Below, one piece after another: positions 30,494 to 40,638 of a DNA stretch of 64,000 nucleotides (its first letter is position 1; every line of letters starts with the position of its first letter). Source of the stretch: an uncultured Candidatus Saccharibacteria bacterium (GTDB lineage Bacteria; Patescibacteriota; UBA1384; XYA2-FULL-43-10; 1-14-0-10-43-13); assembly GCA_964364265.1 (NCBI GenBank), contig CAYILA010000003.1, positions 19,959 to 83,958 of the forward strand. Reading direction: 5' to 3'. Made by a program: the position numbers and the translations under genes. Below the pieces are notes generated by a model, which did not search any database, was not told where the DNA came from, and saw only the letters and a list, made by a program, of their open reading frames with translations.

Positions 30494-31423
30494 TTATTTT
30501 AAATAAATAATCTCGGTCTCAATCTCTACGCCAAATTTATCTTTGACTGTTTTCTTGGCATACTCGATTAGTTGCAGAACTTCGCTTGATTTGGCGTCTC
30601 CAAGATTAATCAAGAAATTGGGATGCTTTTCGGCAATTTGGGCATTGCCGATTTTTTTGCCTTTCAGTCCGGCTTCACTTAAAAGCAAAGCGACCGGAAC
30701 AACCGAAAAGGGATCGTTTTTGATAAACTCTTTATACTTTTCAGCCAGCTCCGGTGTAACTTTAGAGACCGGTACATTTTTAAAGGTGCTTCCGGCGCTA
30801 GGGTAATTTAAGGGTTGATTGTCAAGGCGGTATCGGATATTTGCTTTAACCTTGGCTTCAATATCGTATTTCTGACCTTTTTTGAAAAAGAAGCCGCAAA
30901 ATAGTATGCATTCGTCTAATTTCTCATTCTTAAAAATACTTCCCCGGTAGGTGAAGGCGCACTCCTCTTTGCTCCTTATTTTTGTTTCCAATGTTTCTAA
31001 ATCCAAACTCTCGACATTTCCTATATTATCCTTTGTCTCTCCGCCAAACGACCCGGCATTACCTCTTACGGCGCCGCCAAGAGATCCCGGCAGGCCGCCG
31101 GCCCATTCAAAGCCAGAGTATTCTTTTTCAATGCAATAATTAATCGCTTTCGAAAACAGCAATCCCGCTCCATATTTTACATTGGGAAAATTATCCGTGA
31201 TCTCGTCGATATCATTATGAAGTATCAGCCCGTCATAACCGCCATCATCTATTAAGAGGTTTGTAACACCGCCGGTTATAAACATTTTGGCAATCCCCTT
31301 TTCCTTTGCTTCTTTCAAACCAGCAATCAATTCATCTTTGTTTTTGAACTTTAGATAATACTTAGCATTGCCGCCGATTTTGTAATAACTTAAATTTTTA
31401 AGAGAAATATTTTCTTCAATCAT
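30494..31423 (-). CDS. murB: UDP-N-acetylenolpyruvoylglucosamine reductase
   Basis: FAD-binding N-terminal YKIGG..ITGGVTNLL and the MurB C-terminal domain. Confidence 0.9.
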   Translation of the reverse strand: MIEENISLKNLSYYKIGGNAKYYLKFKNKDELIAGLKEAKEKGIAKMFITGGVTNLLIDDGGYDGLILHNDIDEITDNFPNVKYGAGLLFSKAINYCIEKEYSGFEWAGGLPGSLGGAVRGNAGSFGGETKDNIGNVESLDLETLETKIRSKEECAFTYRGSIFKNEKLDECILFCGFFFKKGQKYDIEAKVKANIRYRLDNQPLNYPSAGSTFKNVPVSKVTPELAEKYKEFIKNDPFSVVPVALLLSEAGLKGKKIGNAQIAEKHPNFLINLGDAKSSEVLQLIEYAKKTVKDKFGVEIETEIIYLK

Positions 31424-32247
31424 TTTGCTCCTTTTAGTTTTTCGATAAGAATGAGAAACATAAATTTTGGAATCGCCATTTGTCTAGCAATTCTTCTTGG
31501 CTCAATGATTAATCGAAATAACCACTCAAAGCCCAATTTTTGCAACCAGACCGGGGCCCGTGGTTTGATGCCGGCAACAAAATCAAACGAACCGCCCACG
31601 CCCATTCCGATGCGGCAACCGGTATGTTTTAGGTTGGCCGCCAACCACTTTTCTTGTTTTGGTGCGCCGTATGCTACAAATACAATATCGGCTTTGCTCT
31701 TTTTGATCGCTTCGACTATTTCCTCGGTATCCTTAATCGAACCGGAATGGACACCGACGACCCGAAGGTCCGGCAGATCGGTTTGAAGTTTGAGCGAGCA
31801 CCTTTCGGCCACCGTCGGTTCTCCTCCGACAAAAAATATCTCTAAACGATTTTTTGAGGCGTATTCTGATAGGTCCCAAATAAAATCAGAACCGGAGACT
31901 CTGGCTTTTATTGGTCTATTCCCTATCCTGGTGTAAACAGGCATGAATATTATTGAGAGAAACCAAACAGCCAAAAAATAGAAAAATGAAATATACTTAT
32001 CGAAAGCCGGTTTTGTATTTAAGTATTTGGCCGCCCAAATTAATCCGACTCCATCAGTAATATTTAAGGAAGAAGAATGATTTAAAATTTTGAATAATTC
32101 CCTGTCTTTTTGGGCTCTTGTTATTATTTCCGGATTTGGAGTGCAAATAATATGAGTTCCCGACATTGAAAAATCATGAAATATTTTTTCGTATTCCTTT
32201 TTCTCTATAGCATCTAATCTGATTTTTAAGATATTCACTCTATTCAT
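31420..32247 (-). CDS. WecB/TagA/CpsF-family glycosyltransferase
   Basis: IVFVAYGAPKQEKW and the GVGGSFD pattern of the TagA/WecG family. An internal hydrophobic segment is present. Confidence 0.8.
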   Translation of the reverse strand: MNRVNILKIRLDAIEKKEYEKIFHDFSMSGTHIICTPNPEIITRAQKDRELFKILNHSSSLNITDGVGLIWAAKYLNTKPAFDKYISFFYFLAVWFLSIIFMPVYTRIGNRPIKARVSGSDFIWDLSEYASKNRLEIFFVGGEPTVAERCSLKLQTDLPDLRVVGVHSGSIKDTEEIVEAIKKSKADIVFVAYGAPKQEKWLAANLKHTGCRIGMGVGGSFDFVAGIKPRAPVWLQKLGFEWLFRLIIEPRRIARQMAIPKFMFLILIEKLKGAK

Positions 32248-33334
32248 TTTCCAAACATTTTTTTATTTCGGAAATAAATACTTCTTCGGAAAACTTCTCG
32301 GCTTGTTTTCGACAATCTTTCGGTAAGATGTTCTCTCTAATCTTTTCCAATTGCTCTATCGCTTCATTTAAACTATCCGGATTATCATTTTCAAAGAATA
32401 CTCCGGTTTTCCCCTCGACAACCGTTTCGGTGACACCACCCTTTTTATATGCCACTACCGGAACTCCCGATGCCATTGCTTCAATGGGAGTCAGACCGAA
32501 ATCCTCTTCTCCGGGGAATATCAAGGCGATCGAATTTCTCATTTTTTCCACGACAACCCTGTCTGGTTGCCAGTCAAGAAATTCGATATTATTTTTCGCT
32601 AACTTTTTTAATCTTTTTTGATCCGATCCGATGCCTATAATTTTTAATTCCTTGTTATTTATGTTAAATGCTTTTATTGCCAAATCAATCTTTTTATACG
32701 GCTCTAACCTTGAAACCACCAGATAATAATCCCCGGTCTTGCCATCAGAAAGTGGAATATTTTTAATATCAGTTGGGGGATAAATCACTTTTGCATCTTT
32801 CCGGTAATACTTTTTAATCCGTTCGGCCGCCGTATTCGATTGAGCAAGCCAAAGATCGACTCTATCCGCCGAGACACGGTCCCAAATCCTGACATTTTTC
32901 AAAATATTTCTAATATATATCCCCTTAATTCCTTGGCCGATGTTGTGCTCATCCAAATATTCGTGGTACCAATCCCAAGCATAACGCATCGGCGAATAAC
33001 AGTAACAGATATGCTTCGTTTTCGGTTTGGTGATGACGCCGTGGGCAAATGAATTTGAGAAAGATAAGACGGTATCATACTTTGATAAATCAAATTCTTC
33101 AATCGCTTGCGGAAACCGCGGTAATAATAAGCGTGTCTTGCTTCTAATATTTCGGGGCAGTTTTCCGAGGGAGGATTGTGTGACATTATATTTTGAAAAT
33201 ACTTCTTTAGTTCCTTTTTCGTCATACAATAAAGTATAAAGATCAACATTTGGAAAATGTTTTAAGAATATTTGTAGCACTTTTTCAGCACCACCTAATT
33301 TAGTTAAAAAATCGTGAACCACCGCAATTTTCAT
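32240..33334 (-). CDS. Glycosyltransferase family 4 (GT-B)
   Basis: EEDFGLTPIEAMASGVPVVA E-X7-E motif. Confidence 0.85.
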   Translation of the reverse strand: MKIAVVHDFLTKLGGAEKVLQIFLKHFPNVDLYTLLYDEKGTKEVFSKYNVTQSSLGKLPRNIRSKTRLLLPRFPQAIEEFDLSKYDTVLSFSNSFAHGVITKPKTKHICYCYSPMRYAWDWYHEYLDEHNIGQGIKGIYIRNILKNVRIWDRVSADRVDLWLAQSNTAAERIKKYYRKDAKVIYPPTDIKNIPLSDGKTGDYYLVVSRLEPYKKIDLAIKAFNINNKELKIIGIGSDQKRLKKLAKNNIEFLDWQPDRVVVEKMRNSIALIFPGEEDFGLTPIEAMASGVPVVAYKKGGVTETVVEGKTGVFFENDNPDSLNEAIEQLEKIRENILPKDCRKQAEKFSEEVFISEIKKCLENE

Positions 33335-34392
33335 TCAGTACCTTCTTTAATAAAATCAATCAGTTGCTTTGCCGAATTCTGCCAATCAAAATCTTTTAAT
33401 CGTTGAAATCCATCCTTAATCAGTTTTTCTCTTTTAGCTTTATCGGATACAATTTCTTCCATTGCCTTTGCTATCTCACTCGGATCATCCGGATCGATTA
33501 AAATGGCAGAGTTTCCGGCGATTTCTTTCATTGCAGAACAATCAGAAGTTATTACCGGTAAACCAGTTGAGAAAGCTTCTAAAATTGGCATACCGAAGCC
33601 TTCATACAAACTCGGATAGACCAAGGCCGTAGCGTTATTAAATAATTGCTTGACCTTCTGATGCGGTTGATAACCCAATAATTTGATATCATTTTTGTAT
33701 TTAGAATTATCTATTTCTTTTAAAATCTCCCGGAAGCCGAAACCGGCCTTGCCTATCAATATTAATTTTCGCTTGTCGGGATTGCCGCATTTATATTCTT
33801 CAAAAGCTTTAACAATGTTAACAATATTTTTTCGTTTTTCAATTCTGCCGATAAATACAAAATCACCATAAAGATTGGATTTTCCACCGATATTTTCGTA
33901 ACCGCTATAGATTACTTTTATTTTATCCTGATTGATTTTGTATAATTTTATTAAATCTTTTTTAGTTGAATCAGAAACGGTTACTATCTTTGCTCCAAAA
34001 TTAATGTCTTTTTTAATAGCTCTGTTTTGTATGATCAGTTCGGTTTTGGTATATGCCTTCTTAAAGTACTTGAAAGCTAAGTCATGAATGTAGACTATCG
34101 AATTTTTTGGAGCAAAGCCGGGAATTTCGTTGCCAAAAACTATCAGAGCTTCCGGCTTGTCTTTGAACAATGCTAACGGCAAGCGAAATTTATGCCAAAA
34201 TTTTTTAAAAGGGATTATGATATTTTTAAAATTATCGCCTTGCAGTTCTTTGGCCAGCGGCACGCTTGAATAGAGAAAATACTCATTTTCCTTATCGATT
34301 TTTTTCAAACACAAAATCGTCTGATAAGCGACATTTTCTACACCGGTTTTATTTTCCAGCGAAGCGCTGGAAGCGTCAATGGCAATTTTCAT
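33331..34392 (-). CDS. Glycosyltransferase family 4 (GT-B)
   Basis: YEGFGMPILEAFSTGLPVITSD E-X7-E motif. Start set at the internal MKIAIDAS, which abuts the mreB stop. Confidence 0.8.
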   Translation of the reverse strand: MKIAIDASSASLENKTGVENVAYQTILCLKKIDKENEYFLYSSVPLAKELQGDNFKNIIIPFKKFWHKFRLPLALFKDKPEALIVFGNEIPGFAPKNSIVYIHDLAFKYFKKAYTKTELIIQNRAIKKDINFGAKIVTVSDSTKKDLIKLYKINQDKIKVIYSGYENIGGKSNLYGDFVFIGRIEKRKNIVNIVKAFEEYKCGNPDKRKLILIGKAGFGFREILKEIDNSKYKNDIKLLGYQPHQKVKQLFNNATALVYPSLYEGFGMPILEAFSTGLPVITSDCSAMKEIAGNSAILIDPDDPSEIAKAMEEIVSDKAKREKLIKDGFQRLKDFDWQNSAKQLIDFIKEGTE

Positions 34393-34393
34393 A

Positions 34394-35401
34394 TTAATCC
34401 TTCGCCCAAAGAACAGACTTTTTGAACGATTCGAGATTTTCAACCGCAATCCCCGATCCTTTGACCACACATTCCAACGGTTGATTGGCGACTTCGCAGG
34501 GAACGCCGGTAATCTTAGTTAACAAACTATCGATATTTCGAAGCAACGAGCCGCCGCCGGTCAGAACGATTCCCTTATCCATTACATCGGAAGCAAGCTC
34601 CGGAGGCGTCTTTTGCAAGACGTCTTTAACGGCATTGATTATCTCCATTAACGGGCCTTTTATTGCGGTTACGACATCATTTGATGTGATCATGATGCTT
34701 TCCGGAAGTCCGGTAATTGTATTCGATCCGGAAACCTCCATTTTTTCCTCTTTTTTAAGGACTTGGGCTGAACCAATCTGGATTTTAACCTGCTCTGCGG
34801 TTTGTTCGCCGATAATTAAATTATGCTTTTTTCGAATGAAATTAGCGATGGCGGCATCCATTTTATTCCCGCCGACACGAACCGATGATGAAGCCACCAC
34901 ATCGCCCAATGATAATACCGCCACTTCTGTCGTTCCGCCGCCGATATCGATTATCATATTGCCGGCCGGAGTGGCGATCGGAATGCCGGCGCCGAGGGCG
35001 GCGGCAATCGGTTTTTTAATAATATATGTCTGTTTTGCGCCGGCCGCGTTGCAAGCATCAATCACTGCTCTTCTCTCTGTCGAAGTAATGCCGGCCGGAA
35101 CCGAGACCATAATGTCGGGTTTGAATAATTTAATATTTCCGGTCACTTTATTTATAAAGTATTTAAGCATCGCTTCGGCGATACGGTAATTCGCCACCAC
35201 TCCATCTTTCAGGGGCGTGGCTGCGATAATGCTCTCCGGAGTTCGGCCAATCATTTTTCTGGCTTCCTCGCCAATCGCCACGACTTTATTGTCAAAGGCC
35301 TGCAGGGCGACAACGCTCGGCTCGTTTACGATAATCCCCCGTTTTGGAACATAAACTAAAATGTTTGTTGTCCCCAGATCAATTGCGATTTTTCTTACCA
35401 T
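34394..35401 (-). CDS. mreB: Rod shape-determining protein MreB
   Basis: IAIDLGTTN N-terminus and actin-fold motifs (DIGGGTTE). Confidence 0.95.
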   Translation of the reverse strand: MVRKIAIDLGTTNILVYVPKRGIIVNEPSVVALQAFDNKVVAIGEEARKMIGRTPESIIAATPLKDGVVANYRIAEAMLKYFINKVTGNIKLFKPDIMVSVPAGITSTERRAVIDACNAAGAKQTYIIKKPIAAALGAGIPIATPAGNMIIDIGGGTTEVAVLSLGDVVASSSVRVGGNKMDAAIANFIRKKHNLIIGEQTAEQVKIQIGSAQVLKKEEKMEVSGSNTITGLPESIMITSNDVVTAIKGPLMEIINAVKDVLQKTPPELASDVMDKGIVLTGGGSLLRNIDSLLTKITGVPCEVANQPLECVVKGSGIAVENLESFKKSVLWAKD

Positions 35402-35406
35402 TATAT

Positions 35407-36669
35407 TTATTCCGCCCGGACGATATCGGCTCCGACACCAATTAATTTTTTATCAATATTCTCATAACCGCGGTCAATGTATTCGGATTGATTAATTTCA
35501 GTCTGACCTTCGGCAATCAGTGCGGCTACTACTAACGCGGCGCCGCCTCTTATGTCCTGGCAGAGAATTGATGTGCCGTTTAATTTCCTTGAACCGATAA
35601 TCTCGATGATATGAGGACTTAGTATTTGGTCTTTAGCGCCCATTTTTTCAAGTTCGGAAAGATAGAGAAATCTTCCCTCAAATAATGTCTCGAAGATTCG
35701 GCTCTTGCCTTCAGCCTGCGTCATCAAGACCGCAAACGGCGATTGCAGGTCTGTCGGAAAACCGGGATACGTTCTGGTGTCAATATCCTGCGCTTTCAGG
35801 CCGCCATGTTTATAGGTCTGGAAATATTTTGATCCCTCTTTTTCAACTACTTCGAATTTTGCTCCGGCCGCTTCCAGTTTTTTAATTACAATCGACATAT
35901 GTTCCGGTATAACCGGACCGATTGTCAGCTCGGAATTTGTTGCGACGGCGATTATTAAGTATGTAGCGGCTTCGATCCGATCCGGCATTACATCATAAAC
36001 AACACCATCTAATTTTGAAACACCCTCTATTTCAATCTCATGGGTGCCGGCGCCCTTGATCTTTGCGCCCATTTTGTTCAGGAAGTTTGCAAGATCGGCG
36101 ATTTCCGGCTCGGCCGCCGCCATTCTGATTATTGATTTGCCCTTGACAAAAACCGAGGCCATCATCGCATTTTCGGTCGCCGTAACGCTCATTTTGGCTA
36201 ATATTATCTCGGACGGTTTTGGATACCCTTCCAATACATATTTGTCGCCATCTTTGGATACTTTTACACCCATCTGTCGGAAGGCATCAAGATGATCGTC
36301 TATCGGTCTTGCTCCAATTAAGCAACCGCCCGGTTGTGAAAAGACCGCCTTTCCATATCTGGCGAGCAATGGACCGACGACGACAATAGAACCACGCAAT
36401 TTCTTGACCGACTTTTCATCCGGTTTGCAAGACGTTACCTTGGTCGGATTGATTCTAATATTATTTCCATTGGCCTCAATATCGATGCCGATTGACTCCA
36501 AAATCTCCTCCATCTTATTGATATCGGTGATATTCGGGACATTGTTTACATTGACCTCTGAACTGGCTAATATCGAGGCCGGTAAAATCTTTAAGGCGGA
36601 ATTTTTTGCGCCTGAAACCGTAATTGTCCCCGATAATCTCTTTTTACCGTTTATAATGATTTTAGACAT
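35407..36669 (-). CDS. murA: UDP-N-acetylglucosamine 1-carboxyvinyltransferase
   Basis: GAKNSALK N-terminal motif, catalytic Cys in GGCLIGARPID, EPT fold. Confidence 0.95.
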   Translation of the reverse strand: MSKIIINGKKRLSGTITVSGAKNSALKILPASILASSEVNVNNVPNITDINKMEEILESIGIDIEANGNNIRINPTKVTSCKPDEKSVKKLRGSIVVVGPLLARYGKAVFSQPGGCLIGARPIDDHLDAFRQMGVKVSKDGDKYVLEGYPKPSEIILAKMSVTATENAMMASVFVKGKSIIRMAAAEPEIADLANFLNKMGAKIKGAGTHEIEIEGVSKLDGVVYDVMPDRIEAATYLIIAVATNSELTIGPVIPEHMSIVIKKLEAAGAKFEVVEKEGSKYFQTYKHGGLKAQDIDTRTYPGFPTDLQSPFAVLMTQAEGKSRIFETLFEGRFLYLSELEKMGAKDQILSPHIIEIIGSRKLNGTSILCQDIRGGAALVVAALIAEGQTEINQSEYIDRGYENIDKKLIGVGADIVRAE

Positions 36670-36762
36670 ACTTTCTTTCCATATTAATTATATAAACCGG
36701 GTTTTAAAAAGACCGCTTTCTTTAGCTTTATTGTATGGTAATTTGACCGATAATTCAATATA

Positions 36763-37485
36763 ATGGTTCTCGTGAACAACCGCAGGACTAAAAACATATT
36801 TTCAATAATTTTCAAACAATCCTTAGTCGGCCTTTTGATGTTTTTAATCGGTATAAGTATTATTTTCTATGCCCATGGTTATAAATTTAATTTTAAGAAT
36901 TTCAAAATCATTAAAACCGGAATAATCTACGTCTCGTCCGAACAAAGGGAGGCAAATCTTTATGTCAATGGCGTTTTAGTCGCTCCCAAGTTGCCATTCG
37001 CTTATGGCTGTTTGCCGGGATTTTATAATCTTGAAATTAAAAAAGATGGATATCAAAGCTGGAAATCCCGTATTCAAGTAACCGCCGAAAAAGTTTCGTC
37101 GTTTGATTATATCGTCTTGTTTAAAAACAATATTTCAAAAGAACAAACTTCCGACGCCGGAGTCATTAATCAATTGATTTCACCTAACGACGAGTTGTTT
37201 AGAAGCAATAACACCATTTATTACAATGATTATGAGATCTGGGAGGGACAAAATTTAGTTGCGCGCTTCTCAAAACCGATTAATCGCGCCATTTGGTTCT
37301 CTGATAATTACCATATCATTTACCAACAGGGTGATGAAATCAGGGTCATTGAAAAAACCGGAACAAACGATACCTTCTTAATCCGACTTGAAAACAACGC
37401 CATTACCAATTTTGATATCAGTTCAAACGGAAATGAATTGTATTTTAAAGATCTAGGCAGGTATTATAAGGCGGTGATTAAATAA
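36763..37485 (+). CDS. Membrane-anchored PEGA domain protein
   Basis: N-terminal TM. PEGA-like block ANLYVNGVLVAPKLPFAYGCLPGFYNLEIKKDGYQSW. Confidence 0.55.
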   Translation: MVLVNNRRTKNIFSIIFKQSLVGLLMFLIGISIIFYAHGYKFNFKNFKIIKTGIIYVSSEQREANLYVNGVLVAPKLPFAYGCLPGFYNLEIKKDGYQSWKSRIQVTAEKVSSFDYIVLFKNNISKEQTSDAGVINQLISPNDELFRSNNTIYYNDYEIWEGQNLVARFSKPINRAIWFSDNYHIIYQQGDEIRVIEKTGTNDTFLIRLENNAITNFDISSNGNELYFKDLGRYYKAVIK

Positions 37486-37493
37486 TCATAGCT

Positions 37494-38270
37494 CTATCTC
37501 GGAGCCGGCAACTTATTGGAAGTACCAGTGTTTGTTTGTTTTTTATTTCCGGATGGATCGGGGTAAATTTGATCTGAAACGACAATCAGTCTTCGAAGGG
37601 TGGTGCCGATTGGTGTGCAAGTCATTAGAGTCAAGGTTGATTGGTTCTTGCCCTCTAAAACTGACAGATCGTTGGGCGTAACAGTTTTGATCGATGATAC
37701 TTTGTAGAGGTAATCCTTGTTTTGATATTTAAGTTGAACCACGTCTCCGACTGAAAGCTTATTCAATAGAACAAACACATTCTTATAGTTCCCTTTTGAC
37801 CACGGGTAGTCCGAACTGTGTCCGGTAATAAACACATTGCCGGATTCGCCGGGCAATGCCGTGCCATTCAACTGGATCAAACCGTTTGCTAAACCGGCCG
37901 TCACGGCGTCGGGGTTATTTTCAACCCGCCAAGTGACCGGCGCCAAAACATCAATCAGATCGATTTTTAGATGATTATCCGAAATATTCGGGATCAAAGA
38001 CTTATTTGTGTTTGTTATGGATGTTTTTGTCAGAGCGGAAAGCTCTGTAACTTTGGAGTTGTTTGAGTAATTTTGATTTAAATACTCGGTCTTATACCAA
38101 TAAGTTATATTGTCCAGTAATCCGGAGTAATTGATAAAGCCAAAAATTATCAGATACAAAAGAACGAAACTAAAAAAAAACTTCGTAAATGTTTTGAATT
38201 TACCGGGACTTTTCTTTTGGTGTGAAAAAAGTTTTTCCAGTTCCTTTTCATCAAAGTATTCTGTATCCAT
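37494..38270 (-). CDS. Sortase family transpeptidase
   Basis: N-terminal TM, NVFITGHSS catalytic His region, and TLMTCTP (TLxTC) active-site Cys motif. Confidence 0.8.
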   Translation of the reverse strand: MDTEYFDEKELEKLFSHQKKSPGKFKTFTKFFFSFVLLYLIIFGFINYSGLLDNITYWYKTEYLNQNYSNNSKVTELSALTKTSITNTNKSLIPNISDNHLKIDLIDVLAPVTWRVENNPDAVTAGLANGLIQLNGTALPGESGNVFITGHSSDYPWSKGNYKNVFVLLNKLSVGDVVQLKYQNKDYLYKVSSIKTVTPNDLSVLEGKNQSTLTLMTCTPIGTTLRRLIVVSDQIYPDPSGNKKQTNTGTSNKLPAPR

Positions 38271-38375
38271 ATTAGCGGCACCATTTTCTTAAAATAGTTC
38301 AACCCCTTTTTCAATATCGAGTTTTTGAATGATTTAAGTTTAAATTATTCCAGTAAATTTTTCAACAAAAAGTAA

Positions 38376-38414
38376 TTAAAGAATTTACCGCGAAGAGGTA
38401 AATTCTTTTTCGAC
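38376..38414 (-). terminator. Terminator hairpin downstream of the islet ORF
   Basis: AAAGAATTTACC...GGTAAATTCTTT 12-bp inverted repeat followed by a T-rich run on the minus strand. Confidence 0.5.
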
Positions 38415-38478
38415 AAAAAAAGGGCGCCCGCTGATCAAAACTCAATGAGTTTGATTAGGCAGACGCCTTTGTGTGATG

Positions 38479-39657
38479 TTACCGTGATAACTGTTTGCCG
38501 CAGAGAACCTGGGCTAGCTCGGCAAGCGACCTGCCACGGAGATACCGATCGCTGATCTCCATTGCTGCTGTTGAAGCAGTGATGAAATCAGCTTCTTCTT
38601 GCGAGATTTCTGCGATACAAGCGAGTGCGGAATAGATATCTGTTTCATCTGTGGTGCTCTCGAGAAGTATCGCGAAGTCATTCCGATCTCGCGTAATCCG
38701 ACAGAGCTCCATGAAAAGCGAATCAACGCTCTCTGGATTTGACAGAAGGGCTTCTCGAGCAACTGTGATATCGCTCTGGTCAGCGCTGATTTTGGCGAGT
38801 GCGAGAAGGTTAAAGTACCTTCTGAAATCCGCCGACCATCCCTTTTCAATTTCTTGAACTGGGATAGCCGTTATTTCAGCTCTTGCTCTTGCGATATCCC
38901 GAGGGTCACGAGTAGCTTTGGCGATCTTGAGCCAATGTTCCCACGGCTCGCAATCGAATCTCTCTGCGATAGCGCGAGCTGCCAGGATGTCTTCATTTGC
39001 CTGGCTAAACTCGTAAACAGCGAGGTATTCCGAGAGTTGGTAGCAGGGAACCTTTTCCTTGGCTGCCATTTTCCGCGCTTCATCAATCTTGCCCATCGCC
39101 GCCGTGGCTCGTACGCGTATGACGCGCACCACACCTTGTTTGTATGATTGCCGAACAATCCGATCAGCCAGTTTCCTGACCATGTCGGGTTGTGATGTTT
39201 CGGCTATCGTTTCCAAAACGACGAACATGGCGATCTGGCGCTGCACCTTTTGCTCGTCCTCGTCTACATAATCGTCTTCGTCGCCAGTGGTCTTGGCAGT
39301 AAGCGAGGCAAGTTTCAAAGCGTATCCGAGATCTTTCTTTGCCCACCCCCTTATGATGCTCTGTCGTGCGAACACAGCCTCATCGTGGCCTTCAGGACTG
39401 ATCTTCTCGGCAATTTCCTCCGCAACCGCCAGATCACCCGCCAAGGCAAGCGCCTCGACGATGTCGGCTCGAACCTCATCAGCTTCGCTGGGACTCGGGT
39501 CGGAGCTTCTCGTGAGAACAATCCGGCAACCCAGAAAATCCCCGATAGTGTTCTTCCCCAAATGTTCAGCCCGCTGATGGACGATGTCGCCAACTTGGAG
39601 CATCGCCATCTCGATAAGCTCCTCAAACAACCTCTTCTTCCAAAGCAGTTTGTCCAT
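38479..39657 (-). CDS. Hypothetical alpha-helical repeat protein (HEAT/TPR-like) in a GC-elevated islet
   Basis: 392 aa, Ala/Glu/Arg-rich helical repeats, no catalytic motif. Local GC is clearly above flanks. Both strands are riddled with long overlapping ORFs, the signature of high-GC DNA. Confidence 0.45.
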   Translation of the reverse strand: MDKLLWKKRLFEELIEMAMLQVGDIVHQRAEHLGKNTIGDFLGCRIVLTRSSDPSPSEADEVRADIVEALALAGDLAVAEEIAEKISPEGHDEAVFARQSIIRGWAKKDLGYALKLASLTAKTTGDEDDYVDEDEQKVQRQIAMFVVLETIAETSQPDMVRKLADRIVRQSYKQGVVRVIRVRATAAMGKIDEARKMAAKEKVPCYQLSEYLAVYEFSQANEDILAARAIAERFDCEPWEHWLKIAKATRDPRDIARARAEITAIPVQEIEKGWSADFRRYFNLLALAKISADQSDITVAREALLSNPESVDSLFMELCRITRDRNDFAILLESTTDETDIYSALACIAEISQEEADFITASTAAMEISDRYLRGRSLAELAQVLCGKQLSR

Positions 39658-39860
39658 GATTTCTCCTTTTCAAGGTGCCGAAACCCTGACACAAATAATA
39701 GCACATATAGGCACCTCCGTCAAGTTTTGGGCGAAACTAAAACAGAACCTTTTTGCAAGATTCTGCCTTAAAAATCCTATGAAATTTTTCTACCAATTTC
39801 TAAAGACGACTCGATTTCTTTCGAAGCGAGGCGAACCTTTCAAACTTGCAATTTCCTTTG

Positions 39861-39944
39861 TGGTGCCGCGGGTGGGAATCGAACCCACACTCACGAGGAA
39901 CACGATTTTGAGTCGTGCGCGTCTACCAGTTCCGCCACCGCGGC
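39861..39944 (-). tRNA. tRNA-Leu (anticodon CAA), CCA encoded
   Basis: Cloverleaf: acceptor GCCGCGG/CCGCGGC, anticodon stem CACGA/TCGTG with loop CUCAAAA, 13-nt variable arm (type II), T-loop GTGGG-TTCGATT-CCCAC. Confidence 0.85.
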
Positions 39945-39967
39945 ACGTCGTTATTCTAACACAAATC

Positions 39968-40570
39968 CTAGCTTCGCTCAACCCTTTTTAATTCATCTCC
40001 GGTCATGTCGATAATCATTGAAGGAACCGGATTTTCCAGTTGGCCACCATCTACAATCAGATCAATATTGTTGAAATTTTCACCGAATTGCTCTCTCAAT
40101 TCGTCTATTGAAGTTATATTTCCACCGCCGGCTATATTTGCCGATGTTTGGGCGAGAACAAGCCCGCTTTCCCTAATAATTGATAATATCAAGTCGCTGT
40201 CGGGCACTCTAACTCCGATAGTGTCACCTTTCCGGCACAGATTAGATACGCCGTTGCCCGATTTTGATTTCAAGATAAAGGTAAATTTACCGGGAATTTT
40301 TTCTTCAATCAATAGTTTAGATTTTTCATCCAATACCGTGATATTGTTGATTTTATCAATCGAGTCAACGGCCACTCCGATCGGTTTTTCCGGACCTCTT
40401 TGTTTCAGGTCGATTATTCTCCTTACCGCTCCGTCGTTACAGGCATCGGCGCAAATTCCGTAAATCGTATCGAACGGTAAAACCGAAACACCGCCGGATT
40501 TAATGATTTCCGACGCTTTATTTATTACTTCTTCTTGGTTTTGGTCCAATTTTATAATATTATTGAGCAT
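39968..40570 (-). CDS. tsaC: L-threonylcarbamoyladenylate synthase (YrdC/TsaC family)
   Basis: YrdC fold motif VLPFDTIYGICADA, KQRGPEKPIGVAV. Start set at the internal ATG (MLNNII). Confidence 0.8.
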   Translation of the reverse strand: MLNNIIKLDQNQEEVINKASEIIKSGGVSVLPFDTIYGICADACNDGAVRRIIDLKQRGPEKPIGVAVDSIDKINNITVLDEKSKLLIEEKIPGKFTFILKSKSGNGVSNLCRKGDTIGVRVPDSDLILSIIRESGLVLAQTSANIAGGGNITSIDELREQFGENFNNIDLIVDGGQLENPVPSMIIDMTGDELKRVERS

Positions 40571-40638
40571 AATCTGGTGCTTGTTATCATCCCTAAAGAG
40601 TAATATAATCGATTTGAAGTAATTTTTAAAGGAGTAAT

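Noticed and set aside
34485-35189. 234-aa plus-strand ORF
   Set aside because: Lies entirely antisense to mreB, whose identity is unambiguous. Its low-complexity Ser/Pro/Ala-rich translation is typical of a shadow ORF.
39250-39771. 173-aa plus-strand ORF and several other 60-130 aa ORFs on both strands between 38.5 and 39.99 kb
   Set aside because: Products of the elevated GC content of the islet (few stop codons). They overlap the single coherent 392-aa minus-strand ORF or the tRNA-Leu gene.
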